Of a DNA stretch of 64,000 nucleotides, positions 1 to 10,497 are shown in pieces; positions within the stretch are counted from its first letter, which is position 1, and each line of letters begins with the position of its first letter. The notes beneath the pieces were generated by a model, which was not told the origin of the DNA, made no database searches, and saw only the letters and a list, made by a program, of their open reading frames with translations. Both the position numbers and the translations under genes were made by a program. The stretch comes from a virus: IMG/VR virus record IMGVR_UViG_3300037184_000121, positions 1 to 64,000 of that record. One strand, 5' to 3'.

Positions 1-434
1 TTGAAGTAAATCCAGCAACTGAAGCTACTTCAACTTCCATTTTGTCTGCTTTAGGTAATTTTAATTTTAGTGGTGGTTCTCTTGTAGTTACAACCAGCGG
101 AGTTGTTGGCATCCCTATAAATAAATATGCAGAGAATACAGCAGTTCCTGCAGGTATTTTAACAACTATTTTAAGTTATACAGTTCCTGCTGGAAAAACT
201 TTAAGTATTACTGGAGCTTATGGTTGGGGTTGTTATAACGGTGAGTATTTGATCCAAGTTGATGGGGTAACTGTAGGTGGTGGATGGACTTCAGCAGCAG
301 ATATAAATTTTCATGTTAATTATGAAGATGCTCCTGTTCCAGCTACAGCAGGACAAGTTGTTACAATTTGTGTTACGATGTATAGTAATCACACAGAAGA
401 TTTTAAAGCCAATTTACTTGGCACTTTAAATTAA
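1..434 (+). CDS. Virion-associated beta-rich protein, 5'-truncated
   Basis: Frame is open from position 3 into the annotated ORF; beta-sandwich-like C-terminus resembles the ends of the next large structural proteins. Confidence 0.55.
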   Translation, partial: EVNPATEATSTSILSALGNFNFSGGSLVVTTSGVVGIPINKYAENTAVPAGILTTILSYTVPAGKTLSITGAYGWGCYNGEYLIQVDGVTVGGGWTSAADINFHVNYEDAPVPATAGQVVTICVTMYSNHTEDFKANLLGTLN

Positions 435-455
435 TGAAAGAAAAGGAGAATTACC

Positions 456-656
456 ATGTCAGATTTAGGACCTAGCCAAGATTTGAATCGAAAGAGATTG
501 CAGGTGCATGTCACAGAGATGAAACTTCAGTTAGAGAGATTTGATCTTCGCAAAATGGAAGTAGCAGATGAATTGCGAAAAATTGAAGAAAATATTGCAG
601 CTGCTATGCTAGATATTAGTAAGACTCAGGAATCTATTGATAAACTTGGGAAATAA
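456..656 (+). CDS. Small coiled-coil hypothetical protein
   Basis: AAGGAG RBS, heptad-like charged sequence. Confidence 0.7.
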   Translation: MSDLGPSQDLNRKRLQVHVTEMKLQLERFDLRKMEVADELRKIEENIAAAMLDISKTQESIDKLGK

Positions 657-662
657 GAGTTT

Positions 663-1265
663 ATGAAGACATATATAATTTATTTGGCTACAAGTCCCTC
701 AAATAAAGTATATGTTGGAACTACTTCTAAAAGTCTTATTGAACGTAGTAAAGAACATATTTGGTTAGCTAAGGGTAAAAAACAGCGTATTTTTCAATCA
801 GCTTTGCGAAAATATAACTATAATTTTAAATGGGAAGTGCTGGAAGAAAATTTAAATTTAAAGGAAGCAGAGCTTGCTGAAAAATATTACATAGCATTTT
901 TTAATTCTACAGATAGAAATTTTGGTTATAATCTTTCTCCTGGTGGGTTTTCTGGCAATATTAGATCTAAGGAAGGAGAAGAAATCTGGAAACAGAAAAT
1001 GCAAGAACATTGGGATGATCTTAAATTTCAAAAGAAATTATCAGAAGGACAGAAAAAGAGATTTGAAAATGAAAATCCTTGGAACAAGGGTAAGCAAGCA
1101 TCTAAGAAAACCAAAGAAAAATTAAGGATTTCACATGTGGGAAAACAATCACGTTTAGGACATAAAATACAATTTTGTCCCAAAGGCCATGATACTTTTA
1201 TTTGTGGTAGAGAAAAAAGTGGTGGGGGATGCAAACAATGTCGTAGAAAAGCTCCCATGATATAA
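663..1265 (+). CDS. GIY-YIG homing endonuclease (NUMOD3-like repeats, C-terminal Cys/His module)
   Basis: YIIY...VYVG, R..EH, E...I, GYN motifs; PWNKGK...KTKEKLR. Confidence 0.9.
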   Translation: MKTYIIYLATSPSNKVYVGTTSKSLIERSKEHIWLAKGKKQRIFQSALRKYNYNFKWEVLEENLNLKEAELAEKYYIAFFNSTDRNFGYNLSPGGFSGNIRSKEGEEIWKQKMQEHWDDLKFQKKLSEGQKKRFENENPWNKGKQASKKTKEKLRISHVGKQSRLGHKIQFCPKGHDTFICGREKSGGGCKQCRRKAPMI

Positions 1266-1313
1266 AAAGATTTTCTAAGATATAAGAAAAATATTTTGTA
1301 AAGGAGAAAAATT

Positions 1314-3335
1314 ATGTGTGCCGACTTCGATGCTCAGCTCCCAGTACGCAGTACAGCTTTAGAATTTACAACCGAGGTAGCTAACGCTGCTGGAACAACA
1401 ATCAATCCAGCAGAGGATTATGCTCAGGGATCTACTACATCAGGAGAAAATGGTGTTCTAGATCAAGGCGCAGTAACTACAGCTGCTCCAACATATATTT
1501 CAGGAACTACAAATCCTCTATCATTGGATACAAGTGGAAATCTTCGTGTAACATTTGCTGGAAGTTCCGAGCAAAATGTTAACTTGAACCAAGTTGGTGG
1601 AGCAGCTATTGCTCTTGGGCAAACAACAATGTCTGCCTCAATTCCAGTTACCATTGCTTCTAACCAATCCACTCTAAATATAAATGAAGCACAGATAAAT
1701 GGTGTTGCATTAGGATCTCCCTCTACATATGGCACTTCACCAGGAGCAGTATCCGTTCAAGGTGTAAATGCATATATTACCAATACAGTACCTGTTACTC
1801 TTACAAGTACAACCATTACAGGAACAGTAGCTGTCACACAATCTACTTCACCCTGGGTAGTTTCTTTAGCTTCTACAACCATTACTGGTACAGTAACAGC
1901 AGTAGGCAACCTTACCAATAATAACGCAGCTCCTGCTGCTAATAATATTGGTGTATTACCAGCCGTAGCTGCAGCTGCAGCTCCTACTTGGACAACTGGT
2001 GATCAGGTTCTGTTATCTGAGGATCTATCAGGTAACTTACGTGTAATCACTGGTTCAGGATCAACCACAGCCGTAACAGGAACAGTAGCCGTTACAGAAT
2101 CAGGTACTTGGAATATTACTAATATTACAGGTACAATTAGTTTACCAACTGGTGCAGCAACAAGTGCATTACAAACAACAGGCAATACAAGTCTTGCAAC
2201 TATTGCCACTAATATAACAGGACTAACTGTTGCTCAAGGTTCAACGACAGCGGGTGAAAATGGTCAGTTGACTTTAGGTGCAGTAACTACTGCTGCTCCC
2301 ACTTATGTAACGGGAACTTCGAATGCATTATCATTGACAACTGCAGGAAGTTTGAGAACTCAAGATGCATCTGATGGTCCAGTTGCTGCTGGAACTGCAG
2401 CTCTATTTTCTCAATTAGTAGGTGCCCAGTATAATACAGTACTTCCTACATTAACAAATGGTCAACAGTCAGCATTACAGATGGATTCTAATGGTAGACT
2501 ACTGGTTGATATTAGTTCATCTCCTGAGCAAAATGTTAACTTGAACCAAGTTGGTGGTGCAGCTATTGCACTTGGGCAAACAACAATGTCTGCCTCAATT
2601 CCAGTTACCATTGCTTCTAACCAGAGCGCAATTCCAGTTACTCTTACAAGCACAACCATTACAGGAACTGTAGCAGTAACACAAAGTACTAGCCCTTGGG
2701 TTGTTAGTGGGACTGTCACTACAACTCCTCCAGCAAATGCTTCGACAAACATTACACAATGGGATAGTGTAGCACTTGGTGCACCCTCAGCTTATGGTAC
2801 TGCCCCAGGAGCTGTTACTGTTCCAGGTGTTAACGCATTTATTACAAATACAGTACCTGTTACAGGTACATTCTGGCAAGCCACTCAGCCAGTTAGTGGA
2901 ACAGTAACTAGTAATCAGGGCACACCTAATACAGTAGCTAACTCTTGGCCTGTAGAAATAACAGATGGGACAAATGTACTTGGTACACCTGCCCATCCTG
3001 TTAATGTTACCTTCGCTAATGGTACTCCAGTTGTTACTTATGCTACAACAGCAGCAGTTGCTTCAAATGCTTCCGCTACACAATCAGTTGCAGGTCCAAT
3101 TAACTTAGACCAAGTGCATGTTTCAGCATCAGGTGAAGTTAAGGTCGTAATTGCTATCGGAGTAACTGGTAGTGAGGCTACAAAATGGGTTGGTTTTACA
3201 AGTGCAGCAGACAAGAACTTTGACTGGGTATTGCCAGAGACATATGTTATCCCTTCAGGTTCAGATGTTAAGATTACCATTACAAATAAAGATACTGCAG
3301 CTATGGATATCTATAGCTCGGTTATTAATCACTAA
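1314..3335 (+). CDS. Large Thr/Ala/Gly-rich virion fibre/decoration protein with internal repeats
   Basis: AAGGAG RBS; repeated GAVTTAAPTY, VTQSTSPWVVS and PLSLDTSGNLRV blocks; structural cluster. Confidence 0.7.
   Translation: MCADFDAQLPVRSTALEFTTEVANAAGTTINPAEDYAQGSTTSGENGVLDQGAVTTAAPTYISGTTNPLSLDTSGNLRVTFAGSSEQNVNLNQVGGAAIALGQTTMSASIPVTIASNQSTLNINEAQINGVALGSPSTYGTSPGAVSVQGVNAYITNTVPVTLTSTTITGTVAVTQSTSPWVVSLASTTITGTVTAVGNLTNNNAAPAANNIGVLPAVAAAAAPTWTTGDQVLLSEDLSGNLRVITGSGSTTAVTGTVAVTESGTWNITNITGTISLPTGAATSALQTTGNTSLATIATNITGLTVAQGSTTAGENGQLTLGAVTTAAPTYVTGTSNALSLTTAGSLRTQDASDGPVAAGTAALFSQLVGAQYNTVLPTLTNGQQSALQMDSNGRLLVDISSSPEQNVNLNQVGGAAIALGQTTMSASIPVTIASNQSAIPVTLTSTTITGTVAVTQSTSPWVVSGTVTTTPPANASTNITQWDSVALGAPSAYGTAPGAVTVPGVNAFITNTVPVTGTFWQATQPVSGTVTSNQGTPNTVANSWPVEITDGTNVLGTPAHPVNVTFANGTPVVTYATTAAVASNASATQSVAGPINLDQVHVSASGEVKVVIAIGVTGSEATKWVGFTSAADKNFDWVLPETYVIPSGSDVKITITNKDTAAMDIYSSVINH
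1569..2623 (+). repeat. Near-identical 98-nt direct repeat inside the fibre gene (1569-1666 and 2526-2623)
   Basis: Both copies encode EQNVNLNQVGGAAIALGQTTMSASIPVTIASNQ with nearly identical DNA. Confidence 0.9.
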
Positions 3336-3352
3336 AGTTGAATCTCTAATAA

Positions 3353-3388
3353 GCAGTGGGTATCTAAAAAATATCCACTGCATGTTTA
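3353..3388 (+). terminator. Intergenic hairpin, possible terminator or processing site
   Basis: GCAGTGGGTAT...ATATCCACTGC inverted repeat after the stop of 1314..3335. Confidence 0.5.
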
Positions 3389-3419
3389 GGGATTTATAAG
3401 ATAATTTAAAGGAAAGAAA

Positions 3420-5885
3420 ATGGCTGATTTACCTATTGCAGAAGATAATGGTCAGATGCCTGTTACTATTAACGATCCTACAACGGTTCTTAATAGTGCT
3501 AATGTTAAAGCTGCATCAACTGCCTCAGTTGCAGCAGATAATTCATTAGTAGTCGCTCTTTCCCCAAATTCTCCAGTTCCCACTGGAACTAATAATATTG
3601 GTGTAACTGGTGTAGCACAAGCTTCTGCTACAGCAGGAGAGCATGGTGATTTAGTACAAGGAGCTGTAACTACAGCAGCACCAGCGTATACAACAGGTCA
3701 AACAAGTCCTTTGTCGTTAGATACAAGTGGTAATTTACGTGTAACATTTGCAGCGTCTGGTGAGCAGAATGTAAATATCAATCAAATAGATGGTGTTGCT
3801 GCAGTAGTTGCATCAGCTGGTGTTCTAAAGGTTGGTATCGTAGGTAATACAGGTGCAGCTATTGATGCAGCATCTACACAGAATGTAGCTACTCCAGCTA
3901 ACGGCATTTTAACACTTGCAGAATTTAATACAACACCAACTACAATCACATCAGGTAATTCGTCCCCATTACAATTAACTTCAGCTGCTCGTTTAATTGT
4001 TGATGGAAGTCAAGTCACACAACCTGTATCAGGAACTTTTTGGCAAACTACACAGCCAGTCTCTCTTTCTTCGACTACAATTACTGGTACAGTAGCAGTT
4101 ACTCAAAGTACCAGCCCATGGGTTGTTAGCCTTACAAGTACCACACTTACAGGTACATCAACGGTTGCAGGAAATCTTACAAATAATAATGCAGCTCCTA
4201 TCGCTGATAACTTAGGTGTGCTCTCCGCATTGGCTAATGCAGCTCATCCAACATGGACAGAAGGTGATCAAGTCCTGTTATCTGAGAATTTAACTGGAGA
4301 TTTAAGGGTAATTTCTAAAACTGAGGATGGTATTGGTAATGCTATTACATCAACATCTATTAATAGTAAAATAGCTCTTGATGTTACACAAGCAGCACCT
4401 GGATTGGATCGTATTGGTACAGGAACTCTAACCGCTTTAAATAGTGCAGTTACTGCTAATACGCAAGGCTGCTCAATGGTTACATTCTATGTTTCTGGTA
4501 CATTTGCTTTAACTTATCTTTGGGAAGGAACTGCTGACGGGACTAATTGGGTATCTGTATTTGCCTATGACGTTTCATTTGGTACTGTTCAGGGATCTAA
4601 TAATGCCCCCAATGTAATGTATTCAGTGGCTTGTGGTAGTTTCGAACAAGTACGAATGAGGGCATCTGCCTATACTTCTGGCACTGCTACTGTTACTTGG
4701 GATTCAAGTCAAGGTACAAATGTAGACCATCTGATAACAAATGATACAAATCCCATCAGTCAATCCATAACTGTACAAGATACAGCAACTACATCATACG
4801 TTGGGGCGAATGGACAAGTAATTTACAATGGTACTCCAGCCCCTACTGCAGGTTCAGTAAACTCCTACAGTCTAATATCAATTCAAACGATTACTCTTGA
4901 AGTGACTGGAGTATGGACTGGAACTTTGCAGACCGAAATAAGCATGGACAATGGTGGAAGTTGGTATGTTCGTCCAGTACATCAAGCTGGATTACAAATT
5001 TCGTCTGCAACCTGGACAGCCAATTTTGAAGGTACAGTAAATGTTACTGGTTGTACTAACTTTAGAATAAGAGCAATTGCTGCAATGACTGGAACAGCAA
5101 CTCCTGTTCTAGTTGAAAGTAAAAATCTTAGTAGTGTTTATATTTCTAATTCAATTCTCCCAGGAACTAATAATATTGGAGTTACTGGAGTAGCTCAAGG
5201 ATCAACAACAGCTGGAGAAATTGGTGAGTTAGTTCAAGGTGCCGTTACAACAGCAGCTCCTACTTATACTACAGGGCAGACAAGTCCTTTATCATTAACA
5301 ACTGTTGGAGCTTTAAGAACTGATAATACATCATGGCTTGGGTCAGTAGCACCAACTGTTGGTCAAAAGACAATGGCAAATTCAGTTCCCGTTGTTATTG
5401 CTTCTGATCAATCAGCTATTCCAGTTAATCAAGGAACAGCTAATACGATAGCAAATGCTTGGCCTGTTAAAATTACCAATGGCACAGATACAGTAGCAAT
5501 TAATACAGATGGTTCTTTAAACGTTCAGCAAAATCCTGCAAATCTATCGGTAACAGCTACAGCTGCAACAGGGGTTGCTGTAACAGCCACTCTTCCTGCA
5601 GTAGCTGCTGACTTTCATTATATAACTATGATTGAGATTATAAAATATGCCACTGCTGCAATTGCTGGATCTGCTACTCCTGTTCTTGTCACAACAACTA
5701 ATTTTCCAACTGCTAATGTATTTACCTTTGGAACAGCTCAGGCAGTTGGTGCAACACTTAGCTATGTTTATGCTCCAGCTTTACCAATACGTTCAGCTGT
5801 TGTGAATACTGCAACAACAATTGTTTGCCCAGCAACACCAAGCGTAATATGGCGTGTAAACGTATATTATTACGCAGGAGTATAA
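3420..5885 (+). CDS. Large Thr-rich virion fibre/decoration protein, paralog of 1314..3335
   Basis: Shares QGAVTTAAP, GNLTNNNAAP, WTxGDQVLLSE and ANAWPVKIT blocks with the preceding gene. Confidence 0.7.
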   Translation: MADLPIAEDNGQMPVTINDPTTVLNSANVKAASTASVAADNSLVVALSPNSPVPTGTNNIGVTGVAQASATAGEHGDLVQGAVTTAAPAYTTGQTSPLSLDTSGNLRVTFAASGEQNVNINQIDGVAAVVASAGVLKVGIVGNTGAAIDAASTQNVATPANGILTLAEFNTTPTTITSGNSSPLQLTSAARLIVDGSQVTQPVSGTFWQTTQPVSLSSTTITGTVAVTQSTSPWVVSLTSTTLTGTSTVAGNLTNNNAAPIADNLGVLSALANAAHPTWTEGDQVLLSENLTGDLRVISKTEDGIGNAITSTSINSKIALDVTQAAPGLDRIGTGTLTALNSAVTANTQGCSMVTFYVSGTFALTYLWEGTADGTNWVSVFAYDVSFGTVQGSNNAPNVMYSVACGSFEQVRMRASAYTSGTATVTWDSSQGTNVDHLITNDTNPISQSITVQDTATTSYVGANGQVIYNGTPAPTAGSVNSYSLISIQTITLEVTGVWTGTLQTEISMDNGGSWYVRPVHQAGLQISSATWTANFEGTVNVTGCTNFRIRAIAAMTGTATPVLVESKNLSSVYISNSILPGTNNIGVTGVAQGSTTAGEIGELVQGAVTTAAPTYTTGQTSPLSLTTVGALRTDNTSWLGSVAPTVGQKTMANSVPVVIASDQSAIPVNQGTANTIANAWPVKITNGTDTVAINTDGSLNVQQNPANLSVTATAATGVAVTATLPAVAADFHYITMIEIIKYATAAIAGSATPVLVTTTNFPTANVFTFGTAQAVGATLSYVYAPALPIRSAVVNTATTIVCPATPSVIWRVNVYYYAGV

Positions 5886-5886
5886 A

Positions 5887-6534
5887 ATGAAAATAGCTCC
5901 ATTGGATTACTCCACATTTTGGCCATTAATTTCTACTAAGAATCTTCTTCCTCAGTTTCTGGATACTGGTGATACTTATCAAGTATTTGCTTTAGAATCT
6001 AATATTTCTTGGGAGACTTTTATAGCAAAAGATGGTGGACACAATCAACTAGATTTTGAAACAAATTATAAAGCGACATGTAATCAACCTTTAGAATATC
6101 GTAGTGTAGATGGGTTGCCCAAATATGCCTCTGCAATGTTTACAGATAATTTGTCTTATTGGGTAGATGGAAGTAATGGAATTCTCTCAATTCCTGCAGG
6201 TCAAACAGGTTATATTAAGACAAATTTTTCTTTTCCTTTTAAACTCCAAGGAATCGACTTTCATTGGGATGGTTCTAATTTCGGAGACTACATCAATTTT
6301 GAAGCAGGTGTCTACAATAATAATGATGCCTCTTCTGAGGCTAATTTTATTCAGTTGTCACAATATGCAAATCAATATAGAGTCATTGGTTCAGATACGA
6401 AGTCTTTTATAGTAGATACTGTTAAAACCGTTCCACCAACATATAATGGGTTAAATATTTATCTTCGTACAACTTATGTTAATGCAGGTAGCGCATCGGT
6501 TAGCTTATGTGTTAATTTGATAGGTTATAAATAA
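5887..6534 (+). CDS. Hypothetical structural protein
   Basis: 215-aa ORF tightly coupled to its neighbours. Confidence 0.6.
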   Translation: MKIAPLDYSTFWPLISTKNLLPQFLDTGDTYQVFALESNISWETFIAKDGGHNQLDFETNYKATCNQPLEYRSVDGLPKYASAMFTDNLSYWVDGSNGILSIPAGQTGYIKTNFSFPFKLQGIDFHWDGSNFGDYINFEAGVYNNNDASSEANFIQLSQYANQYRVIGSDTKSFIVDTVKTVPPTYNGLNIYLRTTYVNAGSASVSLCVNLIGYK

Positions 6535-7049
6535 TGGCTTCTAAAAGACGGCATATTCTACATCCAGGAGATATTTTACTCTTTAAGCCTAGAGGGGATT
6601 CTACTTCTATTATTGATAAATTAATTGTATTAGGTCAACATTTATTTAGACAAATCCCTAGAAATGATAATTTTTGTCATGTAGCTCTTGTTGATGATGA
6701 TACCCGATTTATTTTAGAAGCAAGATGGCCTAAGACTCGAAGATCTCATTTAGCAGACGTAAGGACTAGTTGTACAGATAAAATTGAAGTATATCGAGTC
6801 CGTGGAATTACTCCAGAGCAAATTAAACTTACTTTAGATTTTGCCCATGAACATCTAAATGAGTGGTATGATGTGCCTCTTTTTTTAACAGGGTTTTTAT
6901 CTATCAAGCATACCTGGATTTGCAGTACCTTTGTATCGAAAGCTTTTAAGGCAGCTAAATTATCTATTCCATATGGGTGCTCTGATAAAGTATTTATTGT
7001 TCCAGATGATTTTGCCATTGATAAAAAAGGCGAAGAACGAATTATGTAA
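6534..7049 (+). CDS. Permuted papain-like amidase (YaeF/YiiX, peptidase C92-like)
   Basis: PGDILLF, HVAL and C-terminal ICSTFV...P motifs in permuted His-before-Cys order. Confidence 0.8.
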   Translation: MASKRRHILHPGDILLFKPRGDSTSIIDKLIVLGQHLFRQIPRNDNFCHVALVDDDTRFILEARWPKTRRSHLADVRTSCTDKIEVYRVRGITPEQIKLTLDFAHEHLNEWYDVPLFLTGFLSIKHTWICSTFVSKAFKAAKLSIPYGCSDKVFIVPDDFAIDKKGEERIM

Positions 7050-7057
7050 GGGGATTT

Positions 7058-7228
7058 ATGGCTTGTCCAAAATGTTCTAGAAAACGTTATGAGGAAAAAA
7101 TTATTAAAAAGGGCAAGCATAATTTTTTAATTAGACAATGCCTAGGTTGTGATACACAGTATTCACTTATAAGAGTTAGAAAAAGTACTTTAACAAATGA
7201 ATGGGTTGAAGTTGAGAACGAAAAATAG
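7058..7228 (+). CDS. Small zinc-ribbon protein (56 aa, not in ORF track)
   Basis: MACPKC...QCLGC with GGGG RBS; fills the intergenic gap. Confidence 0.65.
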   Translation: MACPKCSRKRYEEKIIKKGKHNFLIRQCLGCDTQYSLIRVRKSTLTNEWVEVENEK

Positions 7229-7245
7229 ATTTAAGGAGAAATATC

Positions 7246-7899
7246 ATGGCATACATCCAAGACATTGAAGTTAGCTGGAGTGACTTTAAAAATTTAAAGG
7301 CTGGAAGTTTGACAGGTAATCCAGTTTATTATCTGAAGAATGATTTGCAATATGTTCCTTTTTTGGTTTATAGCCAAGGAACGCCTGGAGATCCTGTATC
7401 TATTTACTTTTCAAATATAAACCGAGATCCTTCTTCTGTTTCTGGTCCATATGCTGCTTTATCCGCAGGTGTTAAGGCTTCTGCTCATATCCAGGATATT
7501 GTTTATACTGCAACTTCTTATGGAGTAAGCAGTATTACAGTGTCTTATGTGAGTGATGCTTCTGCTGTGGGGCAGGAATATGTTACAGTCTCTGGTAATA
7601 ACATTACTGTTCATATTGTTAGTGGATCTTCAACAGCACAGCAAGTTCAAGCTGCAGTCAATGGGTGGAATGCTTATACAGGTTTATCACAATACAATTC
7701 CGCTGCTTCTTCTTATTTGGTATCTGCCGTAATTGATGCTGGACAAGAAGGAATCCCACAAACAACTCAGGGACCTACAAGTTTAACAGGTGGAGTAGCA
7801 ACAGTAACTGTACTAGCAGATTGGACAACTAATTATTTAGGTACTGCAACATTAGCTACCAGTTTTGCAAATGCTACTGCAACAGAGTTGGCTGCATAA
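7246..7899 (+). CDS. Virion structural protein with a sheath-insertion-like domain
   Basis: AAGGAG RBS; VTVSGNNITV...TAQQVQAAVN...SLTGG pattern. Confidence 0.55.
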   Translation: MAYIQDIEVSWSDFKNLKAGSLTGNPVYYLKNDLQYVPFLVYSQGTPGDPVSIYFSNINRDPSSVSGPYAALSAGVKASAHIQDIVYTATSYGVSSITVSYVSDASAVGQEYVTVSGNNITVHIVSGSSTAQQVQAAVNGWNAYTGLSQYNSAASSYLVSAVIDAGQEGIPQTTQGPTSLTGGVATVTVLADWTTNYLGTATLATSFANATATELAA

Positions 7900-7908
7900 G
7901 GATAAATT

Positions 7909-8475
7909 ATGAGTCTTGTAATAGAAAAGATAAGTAAAATTTGCTCAAAGTGTGGAGAAGAGAAATCTTTAGATTCTTTTGGGCCTCATAAACGAACTAA
8001 AGACAAAAAGAATAGTTGGTGCAGAAATTGCAATAGAATTAATATGCAAGAACGCCGTAATGGACATCAGGAAGAAGAAAATGCTAGAGCGAGAGAGCTT
8101 TATAAAACTAATGGAAGTTTAGAACGTACCAAAAAATGGAATAAAGAACATAAAACAGAAAAGGATGCCTATGCTGCATCTCCAAGAGGACGTTTTTTCT
8201 CGGCTAAAGGTAGTGCTGCGTTTAGGAAATTACCATGGCTTCTTTCGTTAGCAGAATACGAAAGTATAGTTTCTAATCTTTGCTATTATTGTAATGGTGA
8301 ATTGCCTTGGAAAGGCAGTGGCTTAGATCGTATTGATAATAATCCCTTAATTGGATATAGAGTAGATAATGTAGTTCCTTGTTGTGCTACGTGTAATTAT
8401 ATGAGACAGGAATCAACAGTTCAAGAATTTAAAGACCAAATTATAAAAATTGCTAAAAATTTGAGGTTACTATAA
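7909..8475 (+). CDS. HNH (His-Me finger) homing endonuclease
   Basis: CSKC, CRNC, CYYC, GLDRIDN, NVVPCCATCN. Confidence 0.9.
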   Translation: MSLVIEKISKICSKCGEEKSLDSFGPHKRTKDKKNSWCRNCNRINMQERRNGHQEEENARARELYKTNGSLERTKKWNKEHKTEKDAYAASPRGRFFSAKGSAAFRKLPWLLSLAEYESIVSNLCYYCNGELPWKGSGLDRIDNNPLIGYRVDNVVPCCATCNYMRQESTVQEFKDQIIKIAKNLRLL

Positions 8476-9293
8476 TGTCATTGACGATCCCACAGCCACC
8501 TGTCATAACTAATATTGGCACAAATTTTATGACGATCAACGTCCTGCCTAATAACCCTGTAGGCACCTATTATGCTATTCAGGTAATTTTTAATGGTACT
8601 GGTGGATTCGTTACAGCCCAGGGTACTCTTCAGCCTGTTCAAATGTGGCTTAATACTACTTTGATTATGGTAACTGGACTTACACCTGGGAATAACTATT
8701 CCATTCGTTTAAGTGCAGCTGAGGATTCTATTGGGACAAATTCTACTCCCTTTGGGACGACAACCAATATTACTACGCTGACAGGGCAGACAAGTCAAAA
8801 TATTACTCAGTTTACAAGCGCGGAGCAGCAAGTAATTGCCCAGGCTAGAAAATTGATGCCTGAGATCTTTTCACGTAATACAAGGGATGAGAAGATCTTA
8901 GCTTATGCTAACTTAATCTTAGCAGAGATCAACAGTTTTCCTCCTTTGACAGGATTTACGATTGGTGATATTGCAGGAAATCCTATTCTGTCAGAACTTT
9001 TGTATTTCGGCATCTCTTTGATGACGGAATTATTTTTACAAGCAAGGGCTACTTTGGAAGATTTTCAGTATAATGATAATGGGTTATCCCTAAATGTAGA
9101 CCAAGTAGGTAAAATTTCCCAATCCTATGCAAATATGCTTGCTTTCTATCAGCAGATGATTCTAAACTGGAAGAAGACGCTAATATTTAGTATGGTAGGA
9201 GCAACGGGATTAGGAACGCCTCGCTACCAAAGTCAGATCGGGCAGTTCCTCAAGGTCGCGTTGGGTTCAGCATTCAGTTGGAATGTGCCTTAA
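8475..9293 (+). CDS. Putative head-tail adaptor/neck protein with N-terminal FN3-like domain
   Basis: VTGLTPGNNYSIRL FN3 signature; helical C-terminal domain with YNDNGLSL; structural context. Confidence 0.55.
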   Translation: MSLTIPQPPVITNIGTNFMTINVLPNNPVGTYYAIQVIFNGTGGFVTAQGTLQPVQMWLNTTLIMVTGLTPGNNYSIRLSAAEDSIGTNSTPFGTTTNITTLTGQTSQNITQFTSAEQQVIAQARKLMPEIFSRNTRDEKILAYANLILAEINSFPPLTGFTIGDIAGNPILSELLYFGISLMTELFLQARATLEDFQYNDNGLSLNVDQVGKISQSYANMLAFYQQMILNWKKTLIFSMVGATGLGTPRYQSQIGQFLKVALGSAFSWNVP

Positions 9294-9375
9294 TAATTGA
9301 TTATCAATACTTTTAGTAAGTTTCTTTAATATAAATATTTGTTAACTTTTAGATAATATTTTTGAAAAATAATAG

Positions 9376-9404
9376 TTGCAAATTTATGAAATATATGCTA
9401 TACT
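9376..9404 (+). promoter_or_regulatory. Sigma70-type promoter
   Basis: TTGCAA-17 nt-TATACT with extended -10 TG. Confidence 0.7.
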
Positions 9405-9423
9405 ATAAGTAGGAGAAATTAGA

Positions 9424-10497
9424 ATGCCTAATTATAGATGGAAACAAATTTTAGAAATGTACCCAAATCAACAAGAAGTAATTGATTTGTATAATTCTAA
9501 ACAAATAAAAGAATTAAAAGAGCTTTGGAATTGTTCTGTGGATTGTGTTCGAACTGTTAGAGATAAACTTGGATTACAAAAGAAGAATATCTCTCAGATT
9601 GAATTAATACAAAGATACACAAAAGAACAATTAGAAGATTTATATTTTAATAAGTATGATCGACATTTGAAAGATATGTCTGCAGGTCTTAATGTTTATC
9701 AAGATACGTTGTCTCAAGTTTTTGAAACCTTGAATATTGTTCAACAACCACATCATGTAAGTGAGTATGTTGAAGTGAGACAAATTTTAAGTGAAAAAGC
9801 TAAAGAAAGAGCAAAAATTGAAAATCCAATTAATCACATTTTAGATCATCCTGATTGGATTGATAATATGGTAAAGGCACGACAAGATAATGATAGTTAT
9901 CAAAAGCCTCATCATAAGAATGAACATGCTTTGGCAATTCCTCTTGAACAATTAAAGCAGGAGGTACAATTTTTAGGCATTCAAGAAATGGCAAAGAAGT
10001 ATGAATGTAGTCCGTCTACTTTATATCAAATTTGTAAAGATAATAATATTGAATTATCTACAGGGGCTCCTCTTGCGATAAGGCAGACCGAGAAGTATAA
10101 ACAACAAGCTTATAGACGTGGTGTATTGGGAGTTTTAAAAGTAAAGAGAGCAGATACTGACATAGAGAAGTTGTTAAAACACGAATTGAGATTTAGGAAA
10201 ATCAAATTTAGAAGTCGAAAGCGTTTAATAAAAAGAACTATCCCAGATGTCATTATTCAACCCAATATAGCAGTTTTTACTGATGGGTGTTTTTGGCATG
10301 GTTGTCCTGAACATTGCCCAACAAGTAAAATTGGATTGGGACGTTCTGTGGTAGATTTAGAAATTAATATTGAGTTAGCTAAGAAAGGTTATAAAGTATT
10401 TAGAATTTGGGGTCATGATGTGAAAGATCCTATTAAATTAAAAGAATTTGTTAACACTGTAGAAGCCTATATCAATGAGCAGAAAAATAGAAGATAA
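9424..10497 (+). CDS. Vsr/DUF559-like PD-(D/E)XK endonuclease with HTH repeats (probable homing endonuclease)
   Basis: TDIE, PDV, AVFTDGCFWHGCP, GYKVFRIW. Confidence 0.85.
   Translation: MPNYRWKQILEMYPNQQEVIDLYNSKQIKELKELWNCSVDCVRTVRDKLGLQKKNISQIELIQRYTKEQLEDLYFNKYDRHLKDMSAGLNVYQDTLSQVFETLNIVQQPHHVSEYVEVRQILSEKAKERAKIENPINHILDHPDWIDNMVKARQDNDSYQKPHHKNEHALAIPLEQLKQEVQFLGIQEMAKKYECSPSTLYQICKDNNIELSTGAPLAIRQTEKYKQQAYRRGVLGVLKVKRADTDIEKLLKHELRFRKIKFRSRKRLIKRTIPDVIIQPNIAVFTDGCFWHGCPEHCPTSKIGLGRSVVDLEINIELAKKGYKVFRIWGHDVKDPIKLKEFVNTVEAYINEQKNRR

Noticed and set aside
656-1320. Group I intron or intein around the first GIY-YIG (next gene starts Met-Cys)
   Set aside because: Flanks are too short for intron core structure, both neighbours have their own RBS and stop, and no intein end motifs are present
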